Positions 7,237-17,054 are shown, numbered from the stretch's first letter. The stretch: 26,987 bases of DNA from Thermodesulfovibrionales bacterium (GCA_044450345.1 JBIOIY010000043.1:1-26987), one strand, 5' to 3'. Made by a program: numbers and translations. Notes: generated from the letters alone by a model not told the origin.

Positions 7237-7602
7237 ATGGTTAAAATATTAATCGTAGATGACCAATCTTCTATCCGGGAATTACTCTCACATATATTGA
7301 GAAAGGTCTCTACCGTCATCACAAGCCACAGTCTGGAAGATGCGCGGACCGCGCTTTCGAATCACGCATTCGATCTTGTCATTTCAGATCTCCGGCTGAA
7401 CAGGGCGAAGGGGATGGAAGGGTTCGAGCTCCTCAGTTACGTGCGGGAAGTGAGTCCTCAGACAAAGGTCATAATTATGTCCGGCTTCGGCACTGCAGCG
7501 GTCAAAAATGAAGCATATGAGTTAGGCGCAATGTGTTTTCTTGAAAAGCCGATAAATATCTCTCATCTATATTCAAAGGTCCAGTCGCTTAATAGCCAAT
7601 AG
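7237..7602 (+). CDS. Single-domain response regulator (receiver)
   Basis: KILIVDD, DLVISD, GFELL, IIMSG, FLEKP motifs. Confidence 0.9.
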   Translation: MVKILIVDDQSSIRELLSHILRKVSTVITSHSLEDARTALSNHAFDLVISDLRLNRAKGMEGFELLSYVREVSPQTKVIIMSGFGTAAVKNEAYELGAMCFLEKPINISHLYSKVQSLNSQ

Positions 7603-7609
7603 GCACTAT

Positions 7610-9460
7610 CTACTTATCTGCTGCCCCGGTATGTCCCCCTTCTCCGGCCTCCGGCGTACCTTCTTCTCTACCCTCGACCTTTGCGGCAGCATCTTCCTTA
7701 ACGGCCCCGTCTGTTCTCGGCCGCCTTGACCTCCCCCTTCGACGGTATCTGTCCCTTGGCTTGCGTTTATGCTGGACCTTCTCCTGACTTTTTTGTTCTT
7801 CCGCTGCCTTGGCCTCACCCTTTTCCAGGCCTTCAGTTTCAGCACTCTCAGCCTCTGCTTCGTGCCGCTCCTTTCCCCCTGCTTTGGACTCCGCCCTTCC
7901 GCCGGTCTCATCCCTGGTCTTGTCCCTTTCCCTCCCCCTGTACTTTTGAGGGTGCTCCTCTGCGGACTTTTCATGTTCCCGGGCCTTTATCTCGCCCTCG
8001 TTCTTTTCCGTCTCTATGACAGGCTGCCCTATTAACTTTCTGTCCGCAAGAACGGTGATCTTGACCCCGTATTCTTTTTCGGCGCTCCGGATATCTTCGA
8101 GTTTGCTGTTTACCAGGTAGTTCATGCTTTCAATAGGGAGGCGGCAGGTTATGCCCTTGATGCCTCCTTTTGACGCAATCGTAAGGACTTCCCTGAACGC
8201 GGATATCGCGATCATCTCTTCGTTCCTCACAATCCCCAGTCCGCCGCAGGCTTCGCACTTTTTGTTCACCGTCTCGAAGTAGGCAGGTCTCATCCTCTCC
8301 CTCGTCATTTCGACGATCCCGAACTTCGAGATGTTCGTTATCTCGGCATGCGCCTTGTCGGATTCCATCGCATCCATCAGCCTGGTTTCGAGTTCCCTCC
8401 TGTTCTTGGAAGAAATCATATCGATAAAATCGATCACGATCAGTCCGCCGATGTCCCTCAATCTGAGCTGCCGTGCAATCTCATCGGCCGCTTCAAGGTT
8501 CGTCCTCAGCGCCGTAGACTCGACGTTCTCCTCCTTCCTGGACCTCCCGGAATTCACATCGATTGCAGTAAGGGCCTCTGTCTTGTCGATGACCACATAT
8601 CCCCTGGAAGGCAGGTGCACATACCTCTCGCTTAATTTAGCGATCTGGTCCTCTATATTGTGAATCGAGAAGATCGGCTTCTTGTCTTTGTAGAACTTGA
8701 TGTTGATCTTGCGCCATGGCACGGTCTTTCTCAGGAACTCCTTTGTTCCTCTGAATGCCTCCTGGTCGTCGATGAGTACCTCACTCACGTCGGAGGTCAG
8801 ATAATCCCTCACCGTCCTTACCGCAATGTCCTGCTCCTTGTAAATAAGGGCCGGTGCGGGAGCCTTTTTTGCCTCGGCCTGGATCTTGGTCCAGAGTTTC
8901 ATAAGATATTTCAGGTCGTTTTCGAGGTCTTCACCGGTCTTGTCGCTTCCGGCCGTCCTAAGGATAAACCCCATCTTTTTGGGAAGCTTAAGGGCGTGGA
9001 AAATTTCCTTGAGACGCTCCCTGTCGTCCCGGTCCTCGATCTTTCTCGATATCCCCACCCTCTCCTGGCCGGGCATCATGACGATGTATCTGCCCGGGAT
9101 CGAGATATAGGTCGTAAGGCTTGCGCCTTTAGTGTCCCTCTCGTCCTTCTCTACCTGCACGATCAGTTCCTGCCCCTTCTGCAGGTCCTGCACCCGGGGT
9201 CTTTTGCCCTGGGGCGTATTGACGATAAACTCCGGCTTTATCTCCCGCAGCTGCAAGAAACCGTGCTTCTTCGGTCCGAAATTCACAAATACCGCCTGCA
9301 GCCCCGGTTCGATCCTCGCAATGACGCCTTTATAAATGTTCCCCTTGAGATGCTCCTTCCCGGACCCCTCGACATAGAAGTCGACGAGTATGTCGCCGTC
9401 GACAATAGCGACCCTTTTTTCCTCAGGATACATCGCGTTTATCAATATCTTCTTTTTCAT
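7610..9460 (-). CDS. rne: Ribonuclease E/G family, with a charged low-complexity C-terminal tail
   Basis: GNIYKG S1 domain, TEALTAIDVNSGR, IARQLRLRDIGGLIVIDFIDM, CEACGG Zn-link. Confidence 0.93.
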   Translation of the reverse strand: MKKKILINAMYPEEKRVAIVDGDILVDFYVEGSGKEHLKGNIYKGVIARIEPGLQAVFVNFGPKKHGFLQLREIKPEFIVNTPQGKRPRVQDLQKGQELIVQVEKDERDTKGASLTTYISIPGRYIVMMPGQERVGISRKIEDRDDRERLKEIFHALKLPKKMGFILRTAGSDKTGEDLENDLKYLMKLWTKIQAEAKKAPAPALIYKEQDIAVRTVRDYLTSDVSEVLIDDQEAFRGTKEFLRKTVPWRKINIKFYKDKKPIFSIHNIEDQIAKLSERYVHLPSRGYVVIDKTEALTAIDVNSGRSRKEENVESTALRTNLEAADEIARQLRLRDIGGLIVIDFIDMISSKNRRELETRLMDAMESDKAHAEITNISKFGIVEMTRERMRPAYFETVNKKCEACGGLGIVRNEEMIAISAFREVLTIASKGGIKGITCRLPIESMNYLVNSKLEDIRSAEKEYGVKITVLADRKLIGQPVIETEKNEGEIKAREHEKSAEEHPQKYRGRERDKTRDETGGRAESKAGGKERHEAEAESAETEGLEKGEAKAAEEQKSQEKVQHKRKPRDRYRRRGRSRRPRTDGAVKEDAAAKVEGREEGTPEAGEGGHTGAADK

Positions 9461-9467
9461 ATCGGTC

Positions 9468-9761
9468 TCACATTACCTCTTTCTTATCACCAAAAATTTT
9501 TGCGATCTCGGCATCGAGCTCCTCATGAAGCAGGTACAGTGCCTCGCTCAGCGCGAGCTCCGGATACCTTACGACCGCCTCGATGACCTCCTCGATGGGA
9601 AAATCCGTATAATGTCCGTCGGGGTATACGATCCTGAGAAACGGTCTCTTGAGAATAAAACAGCGCTTCTTCCGGCCGTCTTTGCCCCGGAGCGGGATGA
9701 TAATATGTTCCTGGTCTTCCTCCAGCCCATAACGCCTTATCAGCTCCTTTATCGCTTCCAT
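9468..9761 (-). CDS. Hypothetical protein
   Basis: 97-aa ORF tightly packed (6-7 nt gaps) in the ychF-rne run. Confidence 0.75.
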   Translation of the reverse strand: MEAIKELIRRYGLEEDQEHIIIPLRGKDGRKKRCFILKRPFLRIVYPDGHYTDFPIEEVIEAVVRYPELALSEALYLLHEELDAEIAKIFGDKKEVM

Positions 9762-9767
9762 GTCCCG

Positions 9768-10133
9768 TCACGACGCCGGCATCTCGTCTGCGGGCGAGAT
9801 CATGATGGAGGCCCATATCGAAAACAGGTCGGGGTCGATCTCCTCGATCCCTTCGGGAAATGTCTTCATAAACACCTCCCTGTTTTTGAGATAGCGCAAC
9901 ACCATGGCGTCGATGACTTCCTGCTCCGCCCCCTTCAGCGCGTCCCGAGAGCCCCCGGCATCGACGACCCTGCGGACAAGCTCGTTGACCTTTTCGCGCT
10001 CCTTCCCAAAAAGGCCGAGGTTCCCCTCTTCTCCCCTCTCCTTCGCCCTCTTTATCGAATCCATCATCTCGTCATGCGTAAGGAGCTGCTTCATCGCCTT
10101 GACGCTGCTCTCAAAAATCTCCTGCGCCTTCAT
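9768..10133 (-). CDS. Hypothetical protein (helical)
   Basis: 121-aa ORF with AGGAG SD, same strand run. Confidence 0.75.
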   Translation of the reverse strand: MKAQEIFESSVKAMKQLLTHDEMMDSIKRAKERGEEGNLGLFGKEREKVNELVRRVVDAGGSRDALKGAEQEVIDAMVLRYLKNREVFMKTFPEGIEEIDPDLFSIWASIMISPADEMPAS

Positions 10134-10191
10134 ATCGCTCCTGACATTGTGTCACACTTTTCCATTTTACATCACGGCGCTGCCGCATAAA

Positions 10192-11277
10192 TTATACATT
10201 AAATCTGAAATTGATGATATCTCCGTCCCTCACCCCGTATGTCTTTCCTTCGAGCCTTAAAAGTCCCCTTTCCCGCGCCGCGGACATGCTCCCGCAGGAA
10301 ATGAAATCCTCATAAGAGATCACCTCCGCCCTTATAAAACCACGCTCTATGTCTGAGTGGATCTTGCCTGCGGCCTTCTGTGCGTTCATGCCCTTCATGA
10401 TCGTCCATGCCCTCACCTCGTCCTCACCCGAAGTAAGAAAGGATATAAGGCCGAGCAGATCGTACGAGACATGGATAAGCTTGTTCAACGCCGGTTCCTT
10501 TATGCCGAGATCATCGAGAAAGGCTGCCGCCTCTTCGGGCGGAAGCTGGGCTATTTCCATCTCGATCTTGCCGCATAGGCCCAGGACCCTCACCCTCTTG
10601 CCGCTGAAGAAAGATTGCAGGGCCGCAACGGTCCCGGCAGTCTTATCGGAGTTCACGTCCTTCTCCCCCACATTCACCACTACCACCTCTGGCTTTATCG
10701 ACATAAACTGGAGGTGGCTCATCGCCTTCTGCTCCTCTTCCGAAAACTCCACATCCCTGAGGGCCTTTTCACCCTCCAGGAACTCCTTGCATTTCAGGAG
10801 AAGTTTCTTTTCCGCCTCATCCGGCTTCTTTCCCCTCTTCGCCCCCTGCTCCATCCTTTCCAGGCGTTTTTCTACAAGTTCCAGGTCGCCGAATATCATC
10901 TCCAGTTCGATCGTCTCGGCGTCCCTCTTCGGATCGGTGCCGCCGAGCGGATGGACCACGGTCTCGTCCTCAAATCCCCTTATCACGTGGACCACGGCAT
11001 CCACGTCCTTTACCAGGTCGAAGACCTTCCGGTTCTGCTCTACGTCACCCTTTGTGAGTCCTACATAATCGACATATTCTACCGTCGCGTAGGCGGTCTT
11101 TTTCGGCTTGTAGATCTCGGTGAGCTTTTCTATCCTGGCATCCGGCACCTTCACCATGCCGAGATGAGGCTCAGCCATGAGAGACGCATAAATAGTTGTC
11201 TCAAGGTTCTGTCCGGTCAACGCGTTAAAGAGCGTCGTCTTCCCTGAATTCGCAAGTCCTGTTATCGCTATCTTCAC
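10192..11277 (-). CDS. ychF: Redox-regulated ATPase YchF (Obg family)
   Basis: P-loop GLANSGKTTLFNALT, VPDARI, EVRAWTI, AAGKIHSDIERGFIRAEV, RLEGKTY..DGDIINFRFNV. Confidence 0.96.
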   Translation of the reverse strand: MKIAITGLANSGKTTLFNALTGQNLETTIYASLMAEPHLGMVKVPDARIEKLTEIYKPKKTAYATVEYVDYVGLTKGDVEQNRKVFDLVKDVDAVVHVIRGFEDETVVHPLGGTDPKRDAETIELEMIFGDLELVEKRLERMEQGAKRGKKPDEAEKKLLLKCKEFLEGEKALRDVEFSEEEQKAMSHLQFMSIKPEVVVVNVGEKDVNSDKTAGTVAALQSFFSGKRVRVLGLCGKIEMEIAQLPPEEAAAFLDDLGIKEPALNKLIHVSYDLLGLISFLTSGEDEVRAWTIMKGMNAQKAAGKIHSDIERGFIRAEVISYEDFISCGSMSAARERGLLRLEGKTYGVRDGDIINFRFNV

Positions 11278-11353
11278 TCTGTTCTCCTTATTCCTGAATA
11301 GGTGCTATTATACCCTATCGGCCGTGACGAAAGCATGGATACAGAGGAACAAG

Positions 11354-11866
11354 ATGACCTCCCAGGACAGGGAAAAGCTTGAGATCGTAGACGATGAAGG
11401 GAATGTGATCGGCCTCGCGGAAAGAGAAGAGCTGCACCGAAGCCCCGGCCTCATCCATAGGGTGGTCCATGTACTGGTTTTCAATAATCATGGCGACCTG
11501 CTCCTTCAAAAGAGGTCCCTCAGAAAGGACGTAGCTCCCGGCAGGTGGGACACTTCGGTGGGAGGACATATCAACCCCGGAGAGGATGTCCTTGCGGCAG
11601 CGCGGAGAGAAATGGAAGAAGAGCTCGGCGTAAAAGGCTGCGAACTTCATTACCTTTACCGCTATCTTTTCTCCAACCGACGGGAATCGGAACTAGTGAA
11701 CACCTTCTCATGCATCTACGGGGGAGAGGTGGATTTCAACCGGGAAGAAATCGACGAGGTCGCCCTCTGGGACATCCCAACTATCAAAACAAATCTCGGC
11801 AAGGATATCTTCAGCGGCCATTTCGAGAAAGAGATACGCCGCTACCTCGGGATGGAGAAAGAGTAA
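11354..11866 (+). CDS. NUDIX hydrolase (IDI/YfcD-like)
   Basis: HRVVHVLVFN, LLLQKRS, Nudix box GGHINPGEDVLAAARREMEEELG. Confidence 0.92.
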   Translation: MTSQDREKLEIVDDEGNVIGLAEREELHRSPGLIHRVVHVLVFNNHGDLLLQKRSLRKDVAPGRWDTSVGGHINPGEDVLAAARREMEEELGVKGCELHYLYRYLFSNRRESELVNTFSCIYGGEVDFNREEIDEVALWDIPTIKTNLGKDIFSGHFEKEIRRYLGMEKE

Positions 11867-11906
11867 AAAGAGCGGCAGGTACCGACCCTGCCGCTTTGCC
11901 GCTTTT
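11866..11906. terminator. Likely bidirectional intrinsic terminator
   Basis: AGCGGCAGG...CCTGCCGCT stem flanked by A and T runs between convergent genes. Confidence 0.65.
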
Positions 11907-11918
11907 CAGAAGACCGGT

Positions 11919-12767
11919 TCAGCCCTTTTCTTCCTTCGGTTTCATCCAGACCAGGAACGGACAGAGCTTGCACATATTGAAGCCCGGATACGTCTCTCCG
12001 GTGCGCGGGAACGATGTGCCTTTGTCTCTCACCGTCCGCTCAAGCATCCACCTCACGGTCGGCTCAAGCTGGCTGCCGGGCCATATCCAGTTTATCTCTC
12101 CCTGCTCGGTCTTTCCGGCCGTGTAGCTGCCGCTGCACATCGGGGTTATGTTCGGCTTGTTTGTGAGGTACACAGAGGCGACCCCGTGACATGCCGAGCT
12201 GTTCATGGTCATGGTCATCTCGAAGGGGTGGATGTCCATAGCCGCGCACCAGTCGTTGCCGAGGTGGTATGCCTGAAGCACATCGCTCATCCCGTGAACG
12301 ACGTCAGGTTTGAAAGGAGACTTGTGAAGCGGCGCCGTTGCAAAGCCCAGCAGCCCTCCGGGCAGCCTCTTCTTTGTCTTCACAAACCGTTCGGCCTGGG
12401 CCATGTCCTTTGTATATTTCATATGGCTCTTCACTTCGCCCTCGTCGAACTCTTTCCAGCCCCAGACAAACTTCGCATTCGAGCACCCCAGCTCTTTGAC
12501 CGTACCCAGCAGGATGTCCCCTCTCTGTCTGGATGCGGCGAGATAATGGCAGAAGGTGAACGCGTGCGCGCCCACCTTGTAAGAGGCGTGTTTTTTGAAG
12601 TCGGCCAGCTCACTCTCCGAAAAGAAGAACTTCACCGCAACGGGATAATACTTCATCCGAAGAAGGTTCCGGAGCGAAAATACTATATCCGCATTACTAA
12701 GCTCCTTCTTCTCAAGAATTGCCTTCGCGAACGCAACATCATCCAACAGTACAGACGTATCTATCAT
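11919..12767 (-). CDS. DUF169 (COG2043-like) Cys-rich protein
   Basis: L+MKYYPVAVKF, TFCH, LGCSNA, PDVV, SACHG, PMCSGS pattern; start could be 12773. Confidence 0.7.
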   Translation of the reverse strand: MIDTSVLLDDVAFAKAILEKKELSNADIVFSLRNLLRMKYYPVAVKFFFSESELADFKKHASYKVGAHAFTFCHYLAASRQRGDILLGTVKELGCSNAKFVWGWKEFDEGEVKSHMKYTKDMAQAERFVKTKKRLPGGLLGFATAPLHKSPFKPDVVHGMSDVLQAYHLGNDWCAAMDIHPFEMTMTMNSSACHGVASVYLTNKPNITPMCSGSYTAGKTEQGEINWIWPGSQLEPTVRWMLERTVRDKGTSFPRTGETYPGFNMCKLCPFLVWMKPKEEKG

Positions 12768-12785
12768 TGTCATTTCTCCCGGTAT

Positions 12786-13175
12786 TTAATATACGCCCAG
12801 CAGGTTGAGCGCCAAAATCAGAAGCCCTGCTACCGCAATCCTTTTCACGACGAGGGGGCTGACGCGTTTTGCGATCTGCGGTGCGATGAATCCGCCGAGT
12901 ATCGCGGCCGGGAACATGATGAGAAAGAATGTCGCATCGAAGTTCCCGAACATGTAGTGGCGCGTCGTCCCCATAAGCGTGTTGAAAAAGATCGCCAGCA
13001 GCGAGCTCCCGACCACCACGTACATGGGCAGACCGAGACCCACCGTCATAAGAGGGACCATGAAAGGGCCGCCGCCGAAACCGAACATCGACGAAACGAC
13101 CGCGATCAGAAACCCTCCGATGCATCCCAAAAGAATGTGTATCTTAAATTCGTGTCCCCAGAATTCTACTATCAT
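12786..13175 (-). CDS. TauE/SafE (TSUP) family half-transporter
   Basis: Four hydrophobic helices, GFGGGPFMVP, VVGSSL, GGFIAP; own SD GGAGG. Confidence 0.85.
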   Translation of the reverse strand: MIVEFWGHEFKIHILLGCIGGFLIAVVSSMFGFGGGPFMVPLMTVGLGLPMYVVVGSSLLAIFFNTLMGTTRHYMFGNFDATFFLIMFPAAILGGFIAPQIAKRVSPLVVKRIAVAGLLILALNLLGVY

Positions 13176-13188
13176 TATCTTATCCTCC

Positions 13189-14451
13189 CTATGCCTTTTT
13201 GCCCGCGGCCTCTTCGGCCTTCTTCTTGAATTCCTTAAGTATCGCCTGTTCCTTCTTGTTCCTGGCGATATATCCCGGAGTGGTCTGCCAGAACATCAGC
13301 ACTGCCAGCACTATCAGGATCCACCCGAACACGAACTTGAATTGGTCGAGCGTTATCATCTCGGTAAGCTTCGGGCCTATGAACCCTCCGGCCACCATCG
13401 CAAGACCGATGGAGGTCCCGAGCTTCCAGCTGATAAATTTGATCTTTGAATAATTGTAGATCCCGCTCCCCTGCGAAAACAGAACGGTCGGCATCACGGT
13501 GCCCGCGACCACCGTGTGCGGCAGCGGCCAGAGCGAAACCAGAAGCGGGTTCATGATAAATCCGCCCCCGGCACCCATGAGCACACCGAATATCGCTATC
13601 GCCAGGGTAAGGAAAAAGGGCCCGAACAGATTGATGCTCGTTCCCGCGTTTGAGAGGTACACATTGGGGAAACTGATATTATTTTTTATAAAGACCGGCT
13701 GACTTCTCACATTTTTGTCGACCGCAGCCACAATGTTATATCTGCCGGGAGCGAGCCCCTTCCTGATATTCAGTACCGCCTTATAAGACCCGTCGGGCTG
13801 CGACTCGACATCCGCACTCAGCACCTTGTTGGCCGACCTGAACCTTGCCTTTACAAGCTGCATCGAACGCGTCCTGTTCTCCTTTTCATCCATCTGGGGA
13901 AGGAGCTCTCCACGCGAGCCGATGATGCTTCCCATGAGCGTTGCCTGATATTTGTCTATCATTGTCTTCGCAGGCACTGAATAAACACCTTCTGCCCCAA
14001 GGTCTTTCAGGGCCTTTGAAAAGCTCCACTTACCGCCTTCCTTATTTATCTTCTCCAGATTTTCCTTTCGGTCCTTGGGAATGAATATCTTATAATATGA
14101 AGGCATAGTATGGGTCATATAAAGGACATAAGGCCTTTTGCCCGTGTCCTTGTCGACTTCGGCGTCGAACCTGGATGCGCGCACCTCTTTGTCGGACCAG
14201 ACTTCCAGATATACAGGCTTCCCCGCCGGAGCTGTGCCCGTGACTGTAATCGTACCGCCGTTGTCCATTGAGGTCTTATCAACCTCGATGGTGACAGAGC
14301 CGGCCGGAGAAAACGATTTTTGGCCTGACTTGGCGGTTTCCTTTCCCGCAGCCGGCTTGACGTCCAGGGGTCTCTCCATAGAACAAAAGACCGGCGACAC
14401 TATTGTCAATCCGAAGAAGACAGCGATGCTCACCAAAAAAAAACGTTTCAT
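13189..14451 (-). CDS. Large extracytoplasmic domain fused to a TauE/SafE half-transporter
   Basis: Signal-like N-terminus, about 250-aa soluble region, then GAGGGFIMNP, VAGTV, GGFIGP TM repeat. Confidence 0.85.
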   Translation of the reverse strand: MKRFFLVSIAVFFGLTIVSPVFCSMERPLDVKPAAGKETAKSGQKSFSPAGSVTIEVDKTSMDNGGTITVTGTAPAGKPVYLEVWSDKEVRASRFDAEVDKDTGKRPYVLYMTHTMPSYYKIFIPKDRKENLEKINKEGGKWSFSKALKDLGAEGVYSVPAKTMIDKYQATLMGSIIGSRGELLPQMDEKENRTRSMQLVKARFRSANKVLSADVESQPDGSYKAVLNIRKGLAPGRYNIVAAVDKNVRSQPVFIKNNISFPNVYLSNAGTSINLFGPFFLTLAIAIFGVLMGAGGGFIMNPLLVSLWPLPHTVVAGTVMPTVLFSQGSGIYNYSKIKFISWKLGTSIGLAMVAGGFIGPKLTEMITLDQFKFVFGWILIVLAVLMFWQTTPGYIARNKKEQAILKEFKKKAEEAAGKKA

Positions 14452-14468
14452 TTTCACCTCCGTATTTT

Positions 14469-14885
14469 TTATCTAACGACGAGGACCGAGCATGGAGCAT
14501 AGGCAACCACCCTCGACGACACACTTCCGATAACAGCCCTTTCCGTCGCCTGCTTCCCGCTGGAACCGACGACGACCATATCATACCCCCTGTGGGTTGC
14601 ATGGTCGCAAATGACATCGGCGGGCTTTCCTTCAAGGACCATTGTCTCGGCGACAATGCCTTTTTCCGCAAGCAGGGTTTTGACGCCCTCCATCGCGCCT
14701 TCAACCTCCGCCCTGTAAAGCCGTGTCACCGTATCGCAGTCGATCCCGATCTCGCTGAAACACAGGTTCGGGACAACAGAGATTACGGTCAGCGAGGCCT
14801 TGAAATTATCCGCAAGTTCCGCCGCTTCTAGCAGTGCCCTGTCAGCATGGTCCGAGCCGTCGTGTGCAACAAGGATTTTCTTCAT
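14469..14885 (-). CDS. Universal stress protein (UspA family)
   Basis: KILVAHDGS, GKPADVI, DMVVVGSSG, IGSVSSRVVAYAPCSVLVVR. Confidence 0.93.
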   Translation of the reverse strand: MKKILVAHDGSDHADRALLEAAELADNFKASLTVISVVPNLCFSEIGIDCDTVTRLYRAEVEGAMEGVKTLLAEKGIVAETMVLEGKPADVICDHATHRGYDMVVVGSSGKQATERAVIGSVSSRVVAYAPCSVLVVR

Positions 14886-14994
14886 ACGCACCTCTCTTTC
14901 AATCTATATTCTAGGCACTTTTTTATCGTAAGCCAAAAAGGTCGGATAAATCCCTCATTCATTACCGCGCAGACGATGTCACTCTTAAGAGGCC

Positions 14995-15633
14995 CTACAC
15001 CCCCCTCTCGTCCGGCCCGAAGATGTACTTATGGATCTGCGTATTGAGCCTCACTGCAAGCCTGTCTTCGACGATCCAACCCGCGAGCTGCGAGGGTTGG
15101 ATCGTGCCCAGGGCTGGTGAAAAAAGGACCTTCGCCTTTTCAGTAAGCCTGAACTTCGTAATCATTTTTTTGGACCAGTCATAGTCGGCCCTGCCGCAGA
15201 TGACGAACTTGACCTCGTCTGAAGGCTTCAGGTGGTCGAAATTAGAGAAGTCCATCTCTTCGCTCATGCGGCTTCCAGGGGTCTTCACGTCCAGGATGAT
15301 CACCGCCCTCTTATCTATGCCTTGTATGCTGCGCGAGCCGTTCGTCTCGATCAAGACTTCATACCCCCCGTCAAGCAGGTCCCCGGTAAGCAAAAGTATT
15401 TCTTCCTTCTGTAAAAGCGGCTCCCCTCCGGTGATCTCGACCAGTTTGACGCCGGCCTGCTTTACACGGCCGATAATGTCTCCGACTGTCATTTCAATGC
15501 CGTTGTCGTATGAGTATCGGGTATCGCAGTAGAGGCATCTGAGGTTGCATCCCGCAAGTCTTACAAACGTGCACGGCAACCCTGCATACGTCGACTCACC
15601 CTGTATGCTAGTGAATATCTCGCAGACTTTCAA
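14995..15633 (-). CDS. queE: 7-carboxy-7-deazaguanine synthase (radical SAM)
   Basis: EIFTSIQGES, FVRLAGCNLRCLYCDT, EITGGEPLLQ, IETNGS, QIHKYI. Confidence 0.92.
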   Translation of the reverse strand: MKVCEIFTSIQGESTYAGLPCTFVRLAGCNLRCLYCDTRYSYDNGIEMTVGDIIGRVKQAGVKLVEITGGEPLLQKEEILLLTGDLLDGGYEVLIETNGSRSIQGIDKRAVIILDVKTPGSRMSEEMDFSNFDHLKPSDEVKFVICGRADYDWSKKMITKFRLTEKAKVLFSPALGTIQPSQLAGWIVEDRLAVRLNTQIHKYIFGPDERGV

Positions 15634-15757
15634 GATTTCTCAGCAGTCTTATTTCGCATATCAAACACAGGCGGCAATTTCCCGTTTTGCCGGGAGACCC
15701 GTATGGAATTAGGATAAAACAGAGAGTAAGAAACTAGCAACTTTGCATTCGGAAATC

Positions 15758-15882
15758 ATAACTCCCCTTACCCCCATGGTAATAATAACTCCCCCATCCC
15801 CCTCTTACCTCAAGAGGGGGTGGCAAAGCCGGGGGCGTTATCTTAAGAGGGGGGCGTTATTTCAAAGGGGGAACGAAGGGGT
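15758..15882. repeat. REP-like palindromic repeat cluster
   Basis: ATAACTCCCC twice, hairpin CCCCTCTT-ACCTC-AAGAGGGG, GGGGGCGTTAT twice (imperfect inverse of ATAACTCCCCC). Confidence 0.65.
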
Positions 15883-15893
15883 CTTGATCCACA

Positions 15894-17054
15894 TCACTCA
15901 AGGGCCAACCCTTTAACGCTCTCCATGACGCGCCTTCTGATCACCGCCGGGGGGTCGGATTCCATGGCCTGCCTGCCGTTGTCGAGGAGCGGTATGAGTA
16001 TGTCTTCAAACGTTTTCCCGCATGCGCAGGCGTGCGCGGCGCTGTTTTGAGGCACGATCTTCCCCGCCCCGCAGCCAGAACATCTGAGTACCCTCTTGCT
16101 TCCCGACCACTTCCCGCGCTTTGAAAACGGTTTCCCTTCAACTTCCACGATGTCCATAGCAAAGTCTATGACCGGCGCGTTGCTGATGGACGTACCGATG
16201 CCGTATCCGTCGACGACAGGGTTAAGGGCCGGAAGTTCGTGCTCCTTTATACCGCCGCTCACATAAAACTTCACATGTGAGAACCCCCTCATATCGAGCT
16301 CCCACCTCGCCTCCTGGAGGATGCGGAAGAAGTTCCCGCGGCGTGACGCCGGGGTGTCGAACCTGACCGCATAAAGCCTTTCGCCCAATGCCTCGGCGAC
16401 GTTCAGGCATTCGAATTTCTCATCGAGGAACGTATCGATCAGCGCGACCCGTTTTACCTCAGCGCCGAGGACCTCGTCATATGCCTTTACGGCATCAACG
16501 GTAGATCCGAAACAGATGATAAGGGCATGAGGCATAGTGCCCATCGGGTCCTCTCCTATGATCTCCCCCGACTTCAGCACGGACACGCCGTCGCACCCTC
16601 CGATGAAGGCGTTCCTCTCGATCATCGGCGCAAGTGCGGGATGCATCCTTCTTGCGCCGAAGCTGACGACCGGCCTCTCCCCTGCGAGTTTCTTAAACCT
16701 CGCCGCCTTCGTGGCGACACCCGAGGCCTGGCAGAGAAGCCCCAGTAGTGCGGTTTCATAGACGCAGAAGTCCTGATACGTCCCCTCGATCTCCATGACC
16801 GGTTCATAGGGATAGAAGACTGTCCCTTCCTTCATCGACCTGACCTTCACCGGAAGATTTTTCATGAGGTATACCGTCTCCTCAACGCCTGCGAGAACGG
16901 CCCAGGGCCAATTATCCGGCAAGTTCTTCGCGATAAACTCCGCCTTGACCCTCTTGTTGATCTTCTTCGCCTTCAGTATCTTTACGGTCCGTTCGAAGTA
17001 TACATCGGTAACCTTGCCCTCTAGAATGTCCTTCGCCTCAGCAGTATGAAACAT
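15894..17054 (-). CDS. pncB: Nicotinate phosphoribosyltransferase
   Basis: TDVYF, SFGARRMHP, GTMPHAL, LIDTF, VRFDTP, VSGGI, GIGT; C-terminal CxxC/CxC. Confidence 0.92.
   Translation of the reverse strand: MFHTAEAKDILEGKVTDVYFERTVKILKAKKINKRVKAEFIAKNLPDNWPWAVLAGVEETVYLMKNLPVKVRSMKEGTVFYPYEPVMEIEGTYQDFCVYETALLGLLCQASGVATKAARFKKLAGERPVVSFGARRMHPALAPMIERNAFIGGCDGVSVLKSGEIIGEDPMGTMPHALIICFGSTVDAVKAYDEVLGAEVKRVALIDTFLDEKFECLNVAEALGERLYAVRFDTPASRRGNFFRILQEARWELDMRGFSHVKFYVSGGIKEHELPALNPVVDGYGIGTSISNAPVIDFAMDIVEVEGKPFSKRGKWSGSKRVLRCSGCGAGKIVPQNSAAHACACGKTFEDILIPLLDNGRQAMESDPPAVIRRRVMESVKGLALE

Noticed and set aside
8660..13229. Long + strand ORFs (8660-9586, 9390-10190, 10349-11068, 12186-13229)
   Set aside because: Antisense shadows of well-supported minus-strand genes, with no motifs
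15634..15757. preQ1 riboswitch upstream of queE
   Set aside because: No recognisable preQ1 stem-loop with an A-rich tail
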